64,000 nt of DNA from Clostridia bacterium. GTDB taxonomy: Bacteria > Bacillota > Clostridia > Christensenellales > UBA1242. Positions 9,343 to 17,852 of this stretch are shown here, one piece after another (positions within the stretch are counted from its first letter, which is position 1; each line of letters starts with the position of its first letter). The notes beneath the pieces were generated by a model. It did no database searches and had not been told where the DNA came from. It saw only the letters and a list, made by a program, of their open reading frames with translations. Location: assembly GCA_036654655.1 (NCBI GenBank), contig JAVVRP010000001.1, positions 138,426 to 202,425 of the forward strand. Reading direction: 5' to 3'. A program made the position numbers and the translations under genes.

Positions 9343-11979
9343 TTAATTTGTGTTGCCATAAAGATTTTCAAATTGTTCCATTGTGATAATAACTTCACGT
9401 TGTTTGGATGCATCTTGTCCCGACAAATAACCCGCTGCCTCCATTTGGTCAAGCAATCTTGCCGCACGCGGAAAGCCTAACATAAGTTTTCGCTGAATAA
9501 AAGTAACGGCGGTCTGCCCAGTTTCAACAACAACTCTGAGCGCGGAAATGAACATTGGATCAGAACTAACCTCATTGCTTTCACTGCCAATATTATTATC
9601 TTTTTGATTAGGATTCATTATTGCTCTTTCTATTTGTTCATCAAACACACATTTATTATTTGCCTTTATGTAATTTACAACCATATTAATTTCTTCCGAA
9701 GAAACAAAACATCCCTGAATTCTTTTTGGTTCAGAAGAACCATTTGGAGAATATAACATGTCTCCACGTCCAAGAAGTTTTTCTGCACCGCCTTCGCCTA
9801 AAACAGTTTTTGAGTCGGGCTGTGTTTTAAGCGAAAATGCAATTCTTGACGGCAAATTTGCTTTAATTGTTCCTGTGATAACATCAACACTTGGCCTTTG
9901 TGTTGCAAAAATTAAATGAATTCCACATGCACGTGCTTTTTGAGATAATCTTGCAATTTTTTCTTCCAATTCTTTTTTTGCACACATCAGAAGTTCGTTT
10001 AATTCATCAATTATAATTACAATATATGGCATTTTGGCAACTTGATTTGATATAACAGGCTGGCTGGAATTGTAATCGTCAATATTTAAACACATTGTGC
10101 TTTCAAAAATTCTGAATCGTTTATCCATTTCGCTCACCGCCCAAGATAAAGCATTAATTGCCTTTTCTGCATCAGTTATAACTTTTGGAATTAATAAATG
10201 AGGCAAACCATTAAAGGCATTAAATTCCACAAATTTTGGGTCGATTAAAATTAAACGAACTTCCTCGGGGGATGCTTTAAAAATAAAACTTAAAATAATT
10301 GAATTTAAGCAAACACTTTTTCCAGAATTTGTTGTTCCCGCAACCAAAAGATGAGTTAGTTTTGGCAGAGTTGTAATTTTTATTGCACCTGATATATCCT
10401 TTCCAAGTGCCATTGTGAGCGGAGATCTGCTTTGCAAAAATTCACGAGAAGTTAAAATTTCTTTAATGCTAACAGTTGCAACTTTTTCATTTGGAACTTC
10501 CACTCCAACTGCACTTCTGCCAGGAATTGGCGCTTCTATTCTTATATTTCCATTTGATGCAAGTGAAAGTGCAATATCGTCTGCATGGCTTAAAACTCGT
10601 TTAACAGCAATCCCCGGAGGCATTTCCAGTTCGTATCGCGTGATTGCTGGCCCAACAACAACTCCAATAACCTTTGCTGGTATTCCAAACGTTGCAAGTG
10701 AATTTTCAAGTTGTGCACGTTTTTCAACAACGTTTTCATTTAATGATGAAATATCAATAGATTGTGTTGTAAGCAAGTCTAGTGGAGGTGGGTTATAAAT
10801 TATTGGCTCATATTCATTTACGTTTGTTAATTCAACAGGTGCATACATGGTTTCCCTTGAAGAAAAATTTAAAATATTAAGTAGTTTTTTTTCGGGCAAA
10901 TCATTCTGCAAAGAATCTTCTGTAAATTTTGGCAATTCTTTATTTATAACTTTTGTTTTTTCTTCCACCATTATATCTTTTAATAAGTTTTTTGTGTAGT
11001 CATCCTCGTCGGTTATTGCTGAAAGGGGCTTTTTAATTGGCTGAATATTTGAAATATTATTAATACTTTGTGTTTGAGGTTGAATAATTTGAGATTGTGT
11101 TTGTTTTAACTGATTAAAGGTATTGTTGATTTCTTCATTAGAAATAATTGGTTTAAATGGCTCTGTATCTGTTTTTTGAACTTTCGCATTGCCAAAAATA
11201 GTGCTCGATAGCGTGGATTGAGGGGTAAGAATATATTCACGCTTTGACATTGGCTTTTTATCTTCTGACAACAAAATTGGTTTTGGCGCCGAAGATGCAA
11301 TTATTCCTAGTTTTCGTTTTGCTTCCAAATCCTTGGGCTGAGATTCAAGATATCCATCTAATGTGACATTAATTTTTTCATGATTATTTTCATTTTGTTT
11401 GGTTTCAATAATTTTAGGCATTTGAAATTCTGTTTTAAACTTTGATTCATCCTTGCGTTTTATCCCAAAATTTGGATTCTTTTTTATATTATAAAAGTAA
11501 TCTGCCATAAGGGCGCCAAATATTATTGTTGTTAAAGAAAAAATTATGTAAGCCGCTGTTAAATTTAAAACATATTTAACTGTTCCTGCAACAAAGCCAA
11601 CAATAACACCACCAGCAGTAAGTTTTTGGGTGTAATTTTGTGTTAAAAACTGAGTATAAGAAAGAGCGTCCGATTTAACAACAATTAGTTGAATTATGCA
11701 TAATAAAGATAAAACTGTTAAGGAAAAAAATACCACGTATTTTGCACTTATAATGTATTTTTTATTATTTATTAAGGCAATTCCAACAATAAACGCTGTT
11801 ATCCAAAAAGGATAAGAAAAAAGCCCCAACGTTCCAAGCAAAAAACTTGTCCAAAAATTAATAAGATTTGTAAACAGCCCCACAAAAACAATTGAGCAAA
11901 GTACAAGAATAAAAATTCCCATCTTTTTGCGGTTTGATGAGGGTTCATATTCATTAGAGTTAAATTTTAAAATTGCCAC
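9343..11979 (-). CDS. ftsK: DNA translocase FtsK/SpoIIIE
   Basis: 878-aa ORF (GTG start). Has N-terminal TM helices, a long Q/N/K-rich linker, a motor domain with Walker A GTTNSGKS, and a C-terminal gamma winged-helix (LRVVVETGQTAVTFIQRKL..GFPRAARLLDQME). Confidence 0.95.
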   Translation of the reverse strand: MAILKFNSNEYEPSSNRKKMGIFILVLCSIVFVGLFTNLINFWTSFLLGTLGLFSYPFWITAFIVGIALINNKKYIISAKYVVFFSLTVLSLLCIIQLIVVKSDALSYTQFLTQNYTQKLTAGGVIVGFVAGTVKYVLNLTAAYIIFSLTTIIFGALMADYFYNIKKNPNFGIKRKDESKFKTEFQMPKIIETKQNENNHEKINVTLDGYLESQPKDLEAKRKLGIIASSAPKPILLSEDKKPMSKREYILTPQSTLSSTIFGNAKVQKTDTEPFKPIISNEEINNTFNQLKQTQSQIIQPQTQSINNISNIQPIKKPLSAITDEDDYTKNLLKDIMVEEKTKVINKELPKFTEDSLQNDLPEKKLLNILNFSSRETMYAPVELTNVNEYEPIIYNPPPLDLLTTQSIDISSLNENVVEKRAQLENSLATFGIPAKVIGVVVGPAITRYELEMPPGIAVKRVLSHADDIALSLASNGNIRIEAPIPGRSAVGVEVPNEKVATVSIKEILTSREFLQSRSPLTMALGKDISGAIKITTLPKLTHLLVAGTTNSGKSVCLNSIILSFIFKASPEEVRLILIDPKFVEFNAFNGLPHLLIPKVITDAEKAINALSWAVSEMDKRFRIFESTMCLNIDDYNSSQPVISNQVAKMPYIVIIIDELNELLMCAKKELEEKIARLSQKARACGIHLIFATQRPSVDVITGTIKANLPSRIAFSLKTQPDSKTVLGEGGAEKLLGRGDMLYSPNGSSEPKRIQGCFVSSEEINMVVNYIKANNKCVFDEQIERAIMNPNQKDNNIGSESNEVSSDPMFISALRVVVETGQTAVTFIQRKLMLGFPRAARLLDQMEAAGYLSGQDASKQREVIITMEQFENLYGNTN

Positions 11980-12040
11980 TTAATTTTTTTTGCCTTTTTT
12001 TGTTTGCTACATTTTGAATATAGCCTTATCTTGCAAAATT

Positions 12041-12070
12041 ATTATAGCCTATTTGGCATTTTTTTTGCAA
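12041..12070 (-). promoter_or_regulatory. Sigma-A-type promoter candidate for ftsK
   Basis: The minus strand reads TTGCAA-18 nt-TATAAT, about 60 nt upstream of the ftsK start. Confidence 0.45.
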
Positions 12071-12130
12071 GTAAATTACCATATTTTTATTTTTTTAAAA
12101 TAATACAAAAAATAACGTAATTTTTTTTTA

Positions 12131-12850
12131 TTACAATAACTTAATTACGTTTGAAACAGTTGTAACAGTTAATTTTTTTGTATTTAGCGTTGATATTATA
12201 TCTGCTAATGCATCCATTGTATGTTTTGTTGGATGCATTAAAATTAAATCCCCACCAACAATTTTTTTTGTTGCACGCAAAAAAACTAACTCTTGGCTTT
12301 TATCTCGCCAGTCAATTGTGTCATGCGTCCACATAATTGTTTGATAACCTAATTTTGATGCCGTTTCTAGTGTTAAATTATTAAAATCGCCACTTGGCGG
12401 TGCAAATAAATTCATTTCAACATTAACAAGTTTTTTTACAAGTTCATGAGTTGTAAAAATTTCATATTTATTACGTTCAGCAGTTAAAGAACTATGATTT
12501 TTGTGCAAATAACCGTGATTGCCAATTTCATGACCTTTTTCATAAATTTTTGTCAAATATTCTGCATTTTGTGATACCCATGTTCCGCCAACAAAAAATG
12601 TTGTTTTAACTTTGTTAGCATCCAAAATATTTAAAATTCTATCCAAATACTCTGTTCCCCAGTACACGTTAAACATTAAACTAACTTTATTTTCGTTTTT
12701 GTTGCCATAATAAATTGCTTTTGGTTCGTTATTTGCAAAAACACCCATAACGTCACCCGCATACGTGATAGCAAAAACAAAAAATAACACACATGCAATT
12801 ATAATATTGCAAAAAACTGCTCTAAATGAAAATAATGATTTTTTTCCCAT
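12131..12850 (-). CDS. Polysaccharide deacetylase family protein (NodB homology; YlxY/PdaB-like sporulation-type)
   Basis: 239-aa ORF with an N-terminal TM/signal anchor and NodB motifs (TFFVGG, HEIGNHGYLH). Its position directly after pnp matches ylxY in Bacillus. Confidence 0.8.
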   Translation of the reverse strand: MGKKSLFSFRAVFCNIIIACVLFFVFAITYAGDVMGVFANNEPKAIYYGNKNENKVSLMFNVYWGTEYLDRILNILDANKVKTTFFVGGTWVSQNAEYLTKIYEKGHEIGNHGYLHKNHSSLTAERNKYEIFTTHELVKKLVNVEMNLFAPPSGDFNNLTLETASKLGYQTIMWTHDTIDWRDKSQELVFLRATKKIVGGDLILMHPTKHTMDALADIISTLNTKKLTVTTVSNVIKLL

Positions 12851-12886
12851 ATTTTATAATATGAAAACAAAAAATATTTATTCTTT

Positions 12887-12915
12887 TACAAAAAAAACAA
12901 GACCTTTCGGGCTTG
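12887..12915 (-). terminator. Intrinsic terminator after pnp (potentially bidirectional)
   Basis: Minus-strand hairpin caagccc-gaaa-ggtcttg followed by a T8 run. An A/T run is also present on the other side. Confidence 0.6.
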
Positions 12916-12931
12916 CTTTTTTTTAACTTAA

Positions 12932-15016
12932 TTAATGTTTTTTAACAAGTTTAAAATCTATTCTTCCTTTTTCATCAACTTTAATAACTTCAACGTCAAC
13001 AACGTCTCCAATGTTAACAACATCTTCAACTTTTTCAACTCTTGTGTTAGATAGTTTTGAAATATGAATCATGCCATCTTTATTAGGCGTTATTTCAACA
13101 AAGGCCCCAAAAGTCATAACTCTAACAACTTTGCCAGTGTAAACACCGCCAACAACAAGTTCTTCTGTTATGCCAAGAATAATTTCCTTTGCTCTTTTTG
13201 CCATTTCAGCATCAATTGATGCAATAAAAACACTTCCTTCGTCATTAATATCAATTTTAACACCTGTTTCTTCAATAATTTTGTTAATAACTTTTCCCCC
13301 ACTTCCAATAACATCCTTAATTTTGTCTGGATTTATTGAAAATGTTATTATTTTTGGAGCATAAACAGACATTTCTTTTTTAGGTTCTGAAATAACATCA
13401 AGCATTTTATTAAGTATAAAAAGCCTTCCTTCACGTGCCTGATTAAGCGCTGTGCGAAGAATGTTTTCATCAATTCCTTTAATTTTTATATCCATTTGTA
13501 TTGCAGTTATCCCGTCTTTTGTTCCAGTAACCTTAAAGTCCATATCTCCAAGAAAATCTTCTAAACCTTGAATATCAGACAATATTGCAACGTTAGACGA
13601 ATTTGCATCTTTAATCAGCCCCATTGCAATGCCAGCAACAGGAGCCTTGATTGGAACTCCCCCGTCCATAAGTGCAAGCGTTGATCCACAAACACTTGCC
13701 ATTGATGATGAACCGTTTGAACTTAAAACTTCTGATACAAGCCTTAAAGCATATGGAAACTCTTCTTCACTTGGAATAACTGGCTCCAATGCACGTTCTG
13801 CAAGCGCTCCATGGCCAATTTCACGTCTGCCGGGGCTACGCAAATTTTTTGCTTCACCTGTTGCATATGGTGGCATGTTGTAATGATGCATATATCTTTT
13901 TGCTTCTTCATCATCAAGCCCTTCCAGTTTTTGAACTTCTGAAATTGTTCCAAGTGTTAATGTTGTTAAAACCTGTGTTTGTCCACGAGTAAACACGCCT
14001 GTTCCATGAACTCTTGGCAAAATTCCTGTTTCGCACCAAATTTTACGAATTTCTGTTAATTTTCTACCGTCGGGCCTGATGCCATCTTTAAGAATTCTTC
14101 CACGAACAAGTTCTTTTGTTATTTTATAAATAACATCATCAATTTCTCTCACTTTGTCAGGAAAAATTTTTGCAAAATGTTCTTGACATTCTTGTGAAAC
14201 CAAATTTTGATTTGCTTGGCGTTCTGAACGTTCAAAAGTGTTTAACGCTTTAACAAGTTTTGAAGTTGCAAAATCTCTAACTGCATTTGTAATTTCATCT
14301 GAAATTGTGTAATAATTAATTTTTTGTGACAATGGTTTTCCAATTTCTTCTTTTATTTTAAGTTGAAATTCAACCATTTTTTTAATTTCTTCATGAGCAA
14401 ACATAATTGCGCCCAACATTTCTGCTTCTGTAACAACTTTTGCACCAGCCTCAACCATTAAAATTGCGTCTTTTGTTCCACTAACTGTTAAGGCAATTTT
14501 GCTGATGTCGCGCTCTTTTGCTGATGGATTTGCAATATATTTTCCGTCTATCATTGCAACACAAACTGAGCCTGTTGGACCTTCAAAAGGTATGTCCGAA
14601 ATTGTAAGCGCAACAGATGAACCAAGCATCGCAAGAGGTTCTGGGGCAACGTCTGGATCAATTGATAATGCCGTTGCAACAATTGTTACATCGTTAAAAA
14701 ATCCTTTTGGGAAAAGTGGTCTAAGTGGACGGTCTATTAATCTTGATGTTAAAATTGCCTTGTCACTTGGTCTTCCTTCGCGACGTTTAAAACTTCCTGG
14801 AATTTTACCAACTGAGTACAATTTTTCTTCAAAATCTACACCAAGTGGAAAAAAATCAATGCCGTCACGTGGGGCTTCCGACATGGTCGCATTAACCATA
14901 ACAACAGTTTCTCCGCAACCAACAAAACAACTTCCACCTGCTTGTTCACAATATTTTTGAGTTTTAATCCAAACTTTTTTACCGCCAATTTCTGTTTCAA
15001 ATGTTTTATCTTTCAT
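12932..15016 (-). CDS. pnp: Polyribonucleotide nucleotidyltransferase (PNPase)
   Basis: 694-aa ORF with two RNase PH-like domains (FFPLGVDFEEKLYSVGKIPGSFKRREGRPS), KH (GSGGKVINKI) and a C-terminal S1 (GKVVRVMTFGAFVEI). Confidence 0.98.
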   Translation of the reverse strand: MKDKTFETEIGGKKVWIKTQKYCEQAGGSCFVGCGETVVMVNATMSEAPRDGIDFFPLGVDFEEKLYSVGKIPGSFKRREGRPSDKAILTSRLIDRPLRPLFPKGFFNDVTIVATALSIDPDVAPEPLAMLGSSVALTISDIPFEGPTGSVCVAMIDGKYIANPSAKERDISKIALTVSGTKDAILMVEAGAKVVTEAEMLGAIMFAHEEIKKMVEFQLKIKEEIGKPLSQKINYYTISDEITNAVRDFATSKLVKALNTFERSERQANQNLVSQECQEHFAKIFPDKVREIDDVIYKITKELVRGRILKDGIRPDGRKLTEIRKIWCETGILPRVHGTGVFTRGQTQVLTTLTLGTISEVQKLEGLDDEEAKRYMHHYNMPPYATGEAKNLRSPGRREIGHGALAERALEPVIPSEEEFPYALRLVSEVLSSNGSSSMASVCGSTLALMDGGVPIKAPVAGIAMGLIKDANSSNVAILSDIQGLEDFLGDMDFKVTGTKDGITAIQMDIKIKGIDENILRTALNQAREGRLFILNKMLDVISEPKKEMSVYAPKIITFSINPDKIKDVIGSGGKVINKIIEETGVKIDINDEGSVFIASIDAEMAKRAKEIILGITEELVVGGVYTGKVVRVMTFGAFVEITPNKDGMIHISKLSNTRVEKVEDVVNIGDVVDVEVIKVDEKGRIDFKLVKKH

Positions 15017-15044
15017 ATCTCTCCTCTAATTTAATTAATCTACT

Positions 15045-15070
15045 GAAAAATGGAGTGGTTACCCACCCCA
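15045..15070 (-). terminator. Intrinsic terminator/attenuator between rpsO and pnp
   Basis: Minus-strand RNA tggggtgg-gtaa-ccactcca forms an 8-bp stem (one G-U) followed by TTTTT, 7 nt after the rpsO stop. Confidence 0.65.
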
Positions 15071-15076
15071 AATATG

Positions 15077-15337
15077 TTAACGAATATTAAGTTCTTGTTT
15101 AAGTTTTCTAAATACTTCAATATCTTGCGATTCAAGATATTTTAAAAGTCCTTTACGTTGACCAACCATCTGTAACAACCCACGACGCGAATGATTATCA
15201 TTTTTGTTGAGTTTTAAATGCTCATTAAGATGGTTAATGCGTTCGGTTAGCAATGCAATTTGCACTTGTGCTGAACCTGTATCGGCCTCATTTACCTTGA
15301 ATTTTTGAATAATTTCTGCTTTAATTTCTTTTTTCAT
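15077..15337 (-). CDS. rpsO: 30S ribosomal protein S15
   Basis: 86-aa ORF with the [34 protein letters not shown] signature of S15. AAAGGAG SD upstream. Confidence 0.97.
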   Translation of the reverse strand: MKKEIKAEIIQKFKVNEADTGSAQVQIALLTERINHLNEHLKLNKNDNHSRRGLLQMVGQRKGLLKYLESQDIEVFRKLKQELNIR

Positions 15338-15475
15338 CTTTTCTCCTTTATTATTTTCGCCACAAACAAAGCAAAGCGTTGGAGTTTCGCAAAACCTTGT
15401 TTAAGGTCGCATTTATAATAACATACATAACATTATTTAGCAAGCAATTTTTTAACAACTTGCCACAATTTTTTA

Positions 15476-16894
15476 TTACATAAATAATTTTTTCTTTCTT
15501 TCAAGCATTTCTTCTATTCTGGCAATATACTCCGCAACATCTTTTACATTTGCGCTACGTTCAATTTTATTTTTAACATTCCAAACTCTTTTGCTTATTG
15601 CGTTTGCACCAATAGCCATTATGCTAACGGTTTCTTCCATGCTATCAATGTTAAATTTACATGCGGAATTAGGTTTTGTCCAACCAATATTTTCTTGTCC
15701 ATTTTGATATTTTAATCTATACAAATAATAAGGCTTGTATTCTTCTTCCATAAGTTCTGTAATTGAATACTCAATCATTTTTTTAACCAAATTCTCTTTT
15801 TTTGTGTCATTTTTTTGCTCTTCATCTTTTGCAAGATCGGAACCACGTTTAAGTGCCAAAGCATGAATTGTAATATTGTCTGGCAAAATTTCAAGGACCA
15901 AATCAATTGTACGTTTAAAATCCGAAAGGGTTTCTCCCGCAAGCCCTGCAATAAAATCCATGTTGATTTTAAATTGAAAAGGCATTGCAACTTTCAAAGC
16001 AGAATAAACATCTTTTACTGTGTGAGTTCTATGAATTTTGTTAAGAGTTTTTTCATTAAATGTTTGTGGGTTTATGCAAATTCTGTTTACACCATATTTT
16101 TTTAGCACTGCAAGTTTTTCGGCTGTAATAGTTTCTGGACGCCCACATTCAAAGGTAAATTCTTCAACTTGATAAGGAAACATCATTAAAAGTTCTTCTA
16201 TTTGAAAATTTGTAAGAACACTAGGCGTGCCACCGCCAACATAAATTGAGCGCACAATATAAGGCTTTTCTTTAATAATTTTTTTTACAACATCAAATTC
16301 TTTTTTTAGCGCTTGTAAATATTTTTCAACTAAATCCCCGCTTTCACTCACCACATTTGAAACAGAACTGCAATAATTACAACGTGACGGACAAAATGGA
16401 ATGTTAACAAACAAATCAATTACGCCATCATTTTTAACAATAAGCGCCTCTTGACTTTTTATAACTTTTTCAACCAACTCGGCCTTTTCTGCACTTACAT
16501 AAAAATTATTTATTAAAGTATTCTTTATCATGTTGGGCTCAACGCCCTCTTTAATTAATTGATAACCTAATTTTGTTGGATGAACACCTGTTAGTGATCC
16601 CCATGGCAGACCGCAATTAAAATATTTTGAAAGCAATTTATATACACAAAGTTTGGCCTCCCGTTTTAAAAATCTTTTTTCCTCTAACAAACTTGAAAAT
16701 TGTGGCAGTTTTGTTGACATACATTCTTCCGTGATTTTTTCATCAGCACAAAGTACGCAAAAATTTGTAACTTTGTTGTCCCCCATTTTTAAAAAATGGT
16801 CCAGTTTTACAACTTTTACATCATTAAATTCATATTGCTTCACTAAGGCTTGTAAGTCAATTTCTAGTGGCAAATAATTGGTGTTAACCTCCAT
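15476..16894 (-). CDS. Radical SAM protein, coproporphyrinogen-III oxidase family (HemZ-like)
   Basis: 472-aa ORF with the radical-SAM motif FCPSRCNYC and HemN-family core blocks (YVGGGTPS, NRICINPQTF). The long N-terminal extension is typical of HemZ-type members. Confidence 0.75.
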   Translation of the reverse strand: MEVNTNYLPLEIDLQALVKQYEFNDVKVVKLDHFLKMGDNKVTNFCVLCADEKITEECMSTKLPQFSSLLEEKRFLKREAKLCVYKLLSKYFNCGLPWGSLTGVHPTKLGYQLIKEGVEPNMIKNTLINNFYVSAEKAELVEKVIKSQEALIVKNDGVIDLFVNIPFCPSRCNYCSSVSNVVSESGDLVEKYLQALKKEFDVVKKIIKEKPYIVRSIYVGGGTPSVLTNFQIEELLMMFPYQVEEFTFECGRPETITAEKLAVLKKYGVNRICINPQTFNEKTLNKIHRTHTVKDVYSALKVAMPFQFKINMDFIAGLAGETLSDFKRTIDLVLEILPDNITIHALALKRGSDLAKDEEQKNDTKKENLVKKMIEYSITELMEEEYKPYYLYRLKYQNGQENIGWTKPNSACKFNIDSMEETVSIMAIGANAISKRVWNVKNKIERSANVKDVAEYIARIEEMLERKKKLFM

Positions 16895-16896
16895 TT

Positions 16897-17850
16897 TTAC
16901 CCCCTGATTTTAATTAATCTTTGTTTGTATTTCCAATGAGCGCACTCACCATATTCCGATGCCCTATGCATATCTTTTGTTTTAACTTGTATTTCAACAT
17001 TTTTTTCATTGTACAAAATTGTTGCATGCAGGGCACGATATCCGTTAGGCTTTGGTTTACTAATAAAATCTTTAATCCTTCCCTCAACGCACACAAAATT
17101 TTTTTTAATAACATTTAGCATATGATAGCATTGCTCTTCTGTTTCTACAAGAACTCTGAATCCAATTATATCATAAACTTCTTCTATTACACAATTTTTG
17201 CGTTTCATTTTTAAAAATACTCCCAATGCATTTTTAAGTCTGTTTTCTATGATATAAGTTTCACAAATATCCTGTGACATTTTGGTCAATTTAACAGACA
17301 GGTCTTTAATTAACGCTTTATTGTTCAAAACATTCATTGCGGGGGCATTTATTATTTCCTTATAATTTTCATTGTCCAATAATTCAAAACATTTATCCTC
17401 AAAAACTGCTCGCTCGTAATTTTTTCCAAGCATTGCAAGTATTTTTGGAAAAATTTTGCCTTGATATTTAATCAAATCAATTTCCTCGGATGATAATGGC
17501 AATTTGTAATCAAAAAGTTTTGTATACATAATTGCCGACAAAATTACAACAGCACGCAAATCTCTGCATTTTAACAATATTTTAATTGCATTTTTATTAT
17601 CAAATTTTTGCATTGTAATGTATTTTAATTTAAGGTTTTTATATCTTTTTGCCAATTTTAATTTATGCTTATCCAAATAATTTACAAGTTCAAATTTGTA
17701 TGACAAATAAGCAAGAACAGAAGTTTTATCTCCACCAAAATTAATAATATTTTCAACTTGTAAATTTGTTGAGTTGTTAAAATCTCCAAGCATTGCCAAA
17801 AACTCTTTTTCATTTTCATTAAAATTAAATTCATTAATTAAAATTTTCAA
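16897..17850 (-). CDS. RelA/SpoT-homologue reduced to a degenerate HD remnant plus a (p)ppGpp synthetase domain
   Basis: 317-aa ORF. The C-terminal half matches RSH synthetase blocks: RLKNALGVFLKMKRK, DIIGFRVLV, KPNGYRALH, EIQVKTKDMHRASEYGECAHWKYK. It occupies the canonical relA position after recJ. No HD dyad, TGS or ACT. Confidence 0.75.
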   Translation of the reverse strand: MKILINEFNFNENEKEFLAMLGDFNNSTNLQVENIINFGGDKTSVLAYLSYKFELVNYLDKHKLKLAKRYKNLKLKYITMQKFDNKNAIKILLKCRDLRAVVILSAIMYTKLFDYKLPLSSEEIDLIKYQGKIFPKILAMLGKNYERAVFEDKCFELLDNENYKEIINAPAMNVLNNKALIKDLSVKLTKMSQDICETYIIENRLKNALGVFLKMKRKNCVIEEVYDIIGFRVLVETEEQCYHMLNVIKKNFVCVEGRIKDFISKPKPNGYRALHATILYNEKNVEIQVKTKDMHRASEYGECAHWKYKQRLIKIRG

Positions 17851-17852
17851 CT

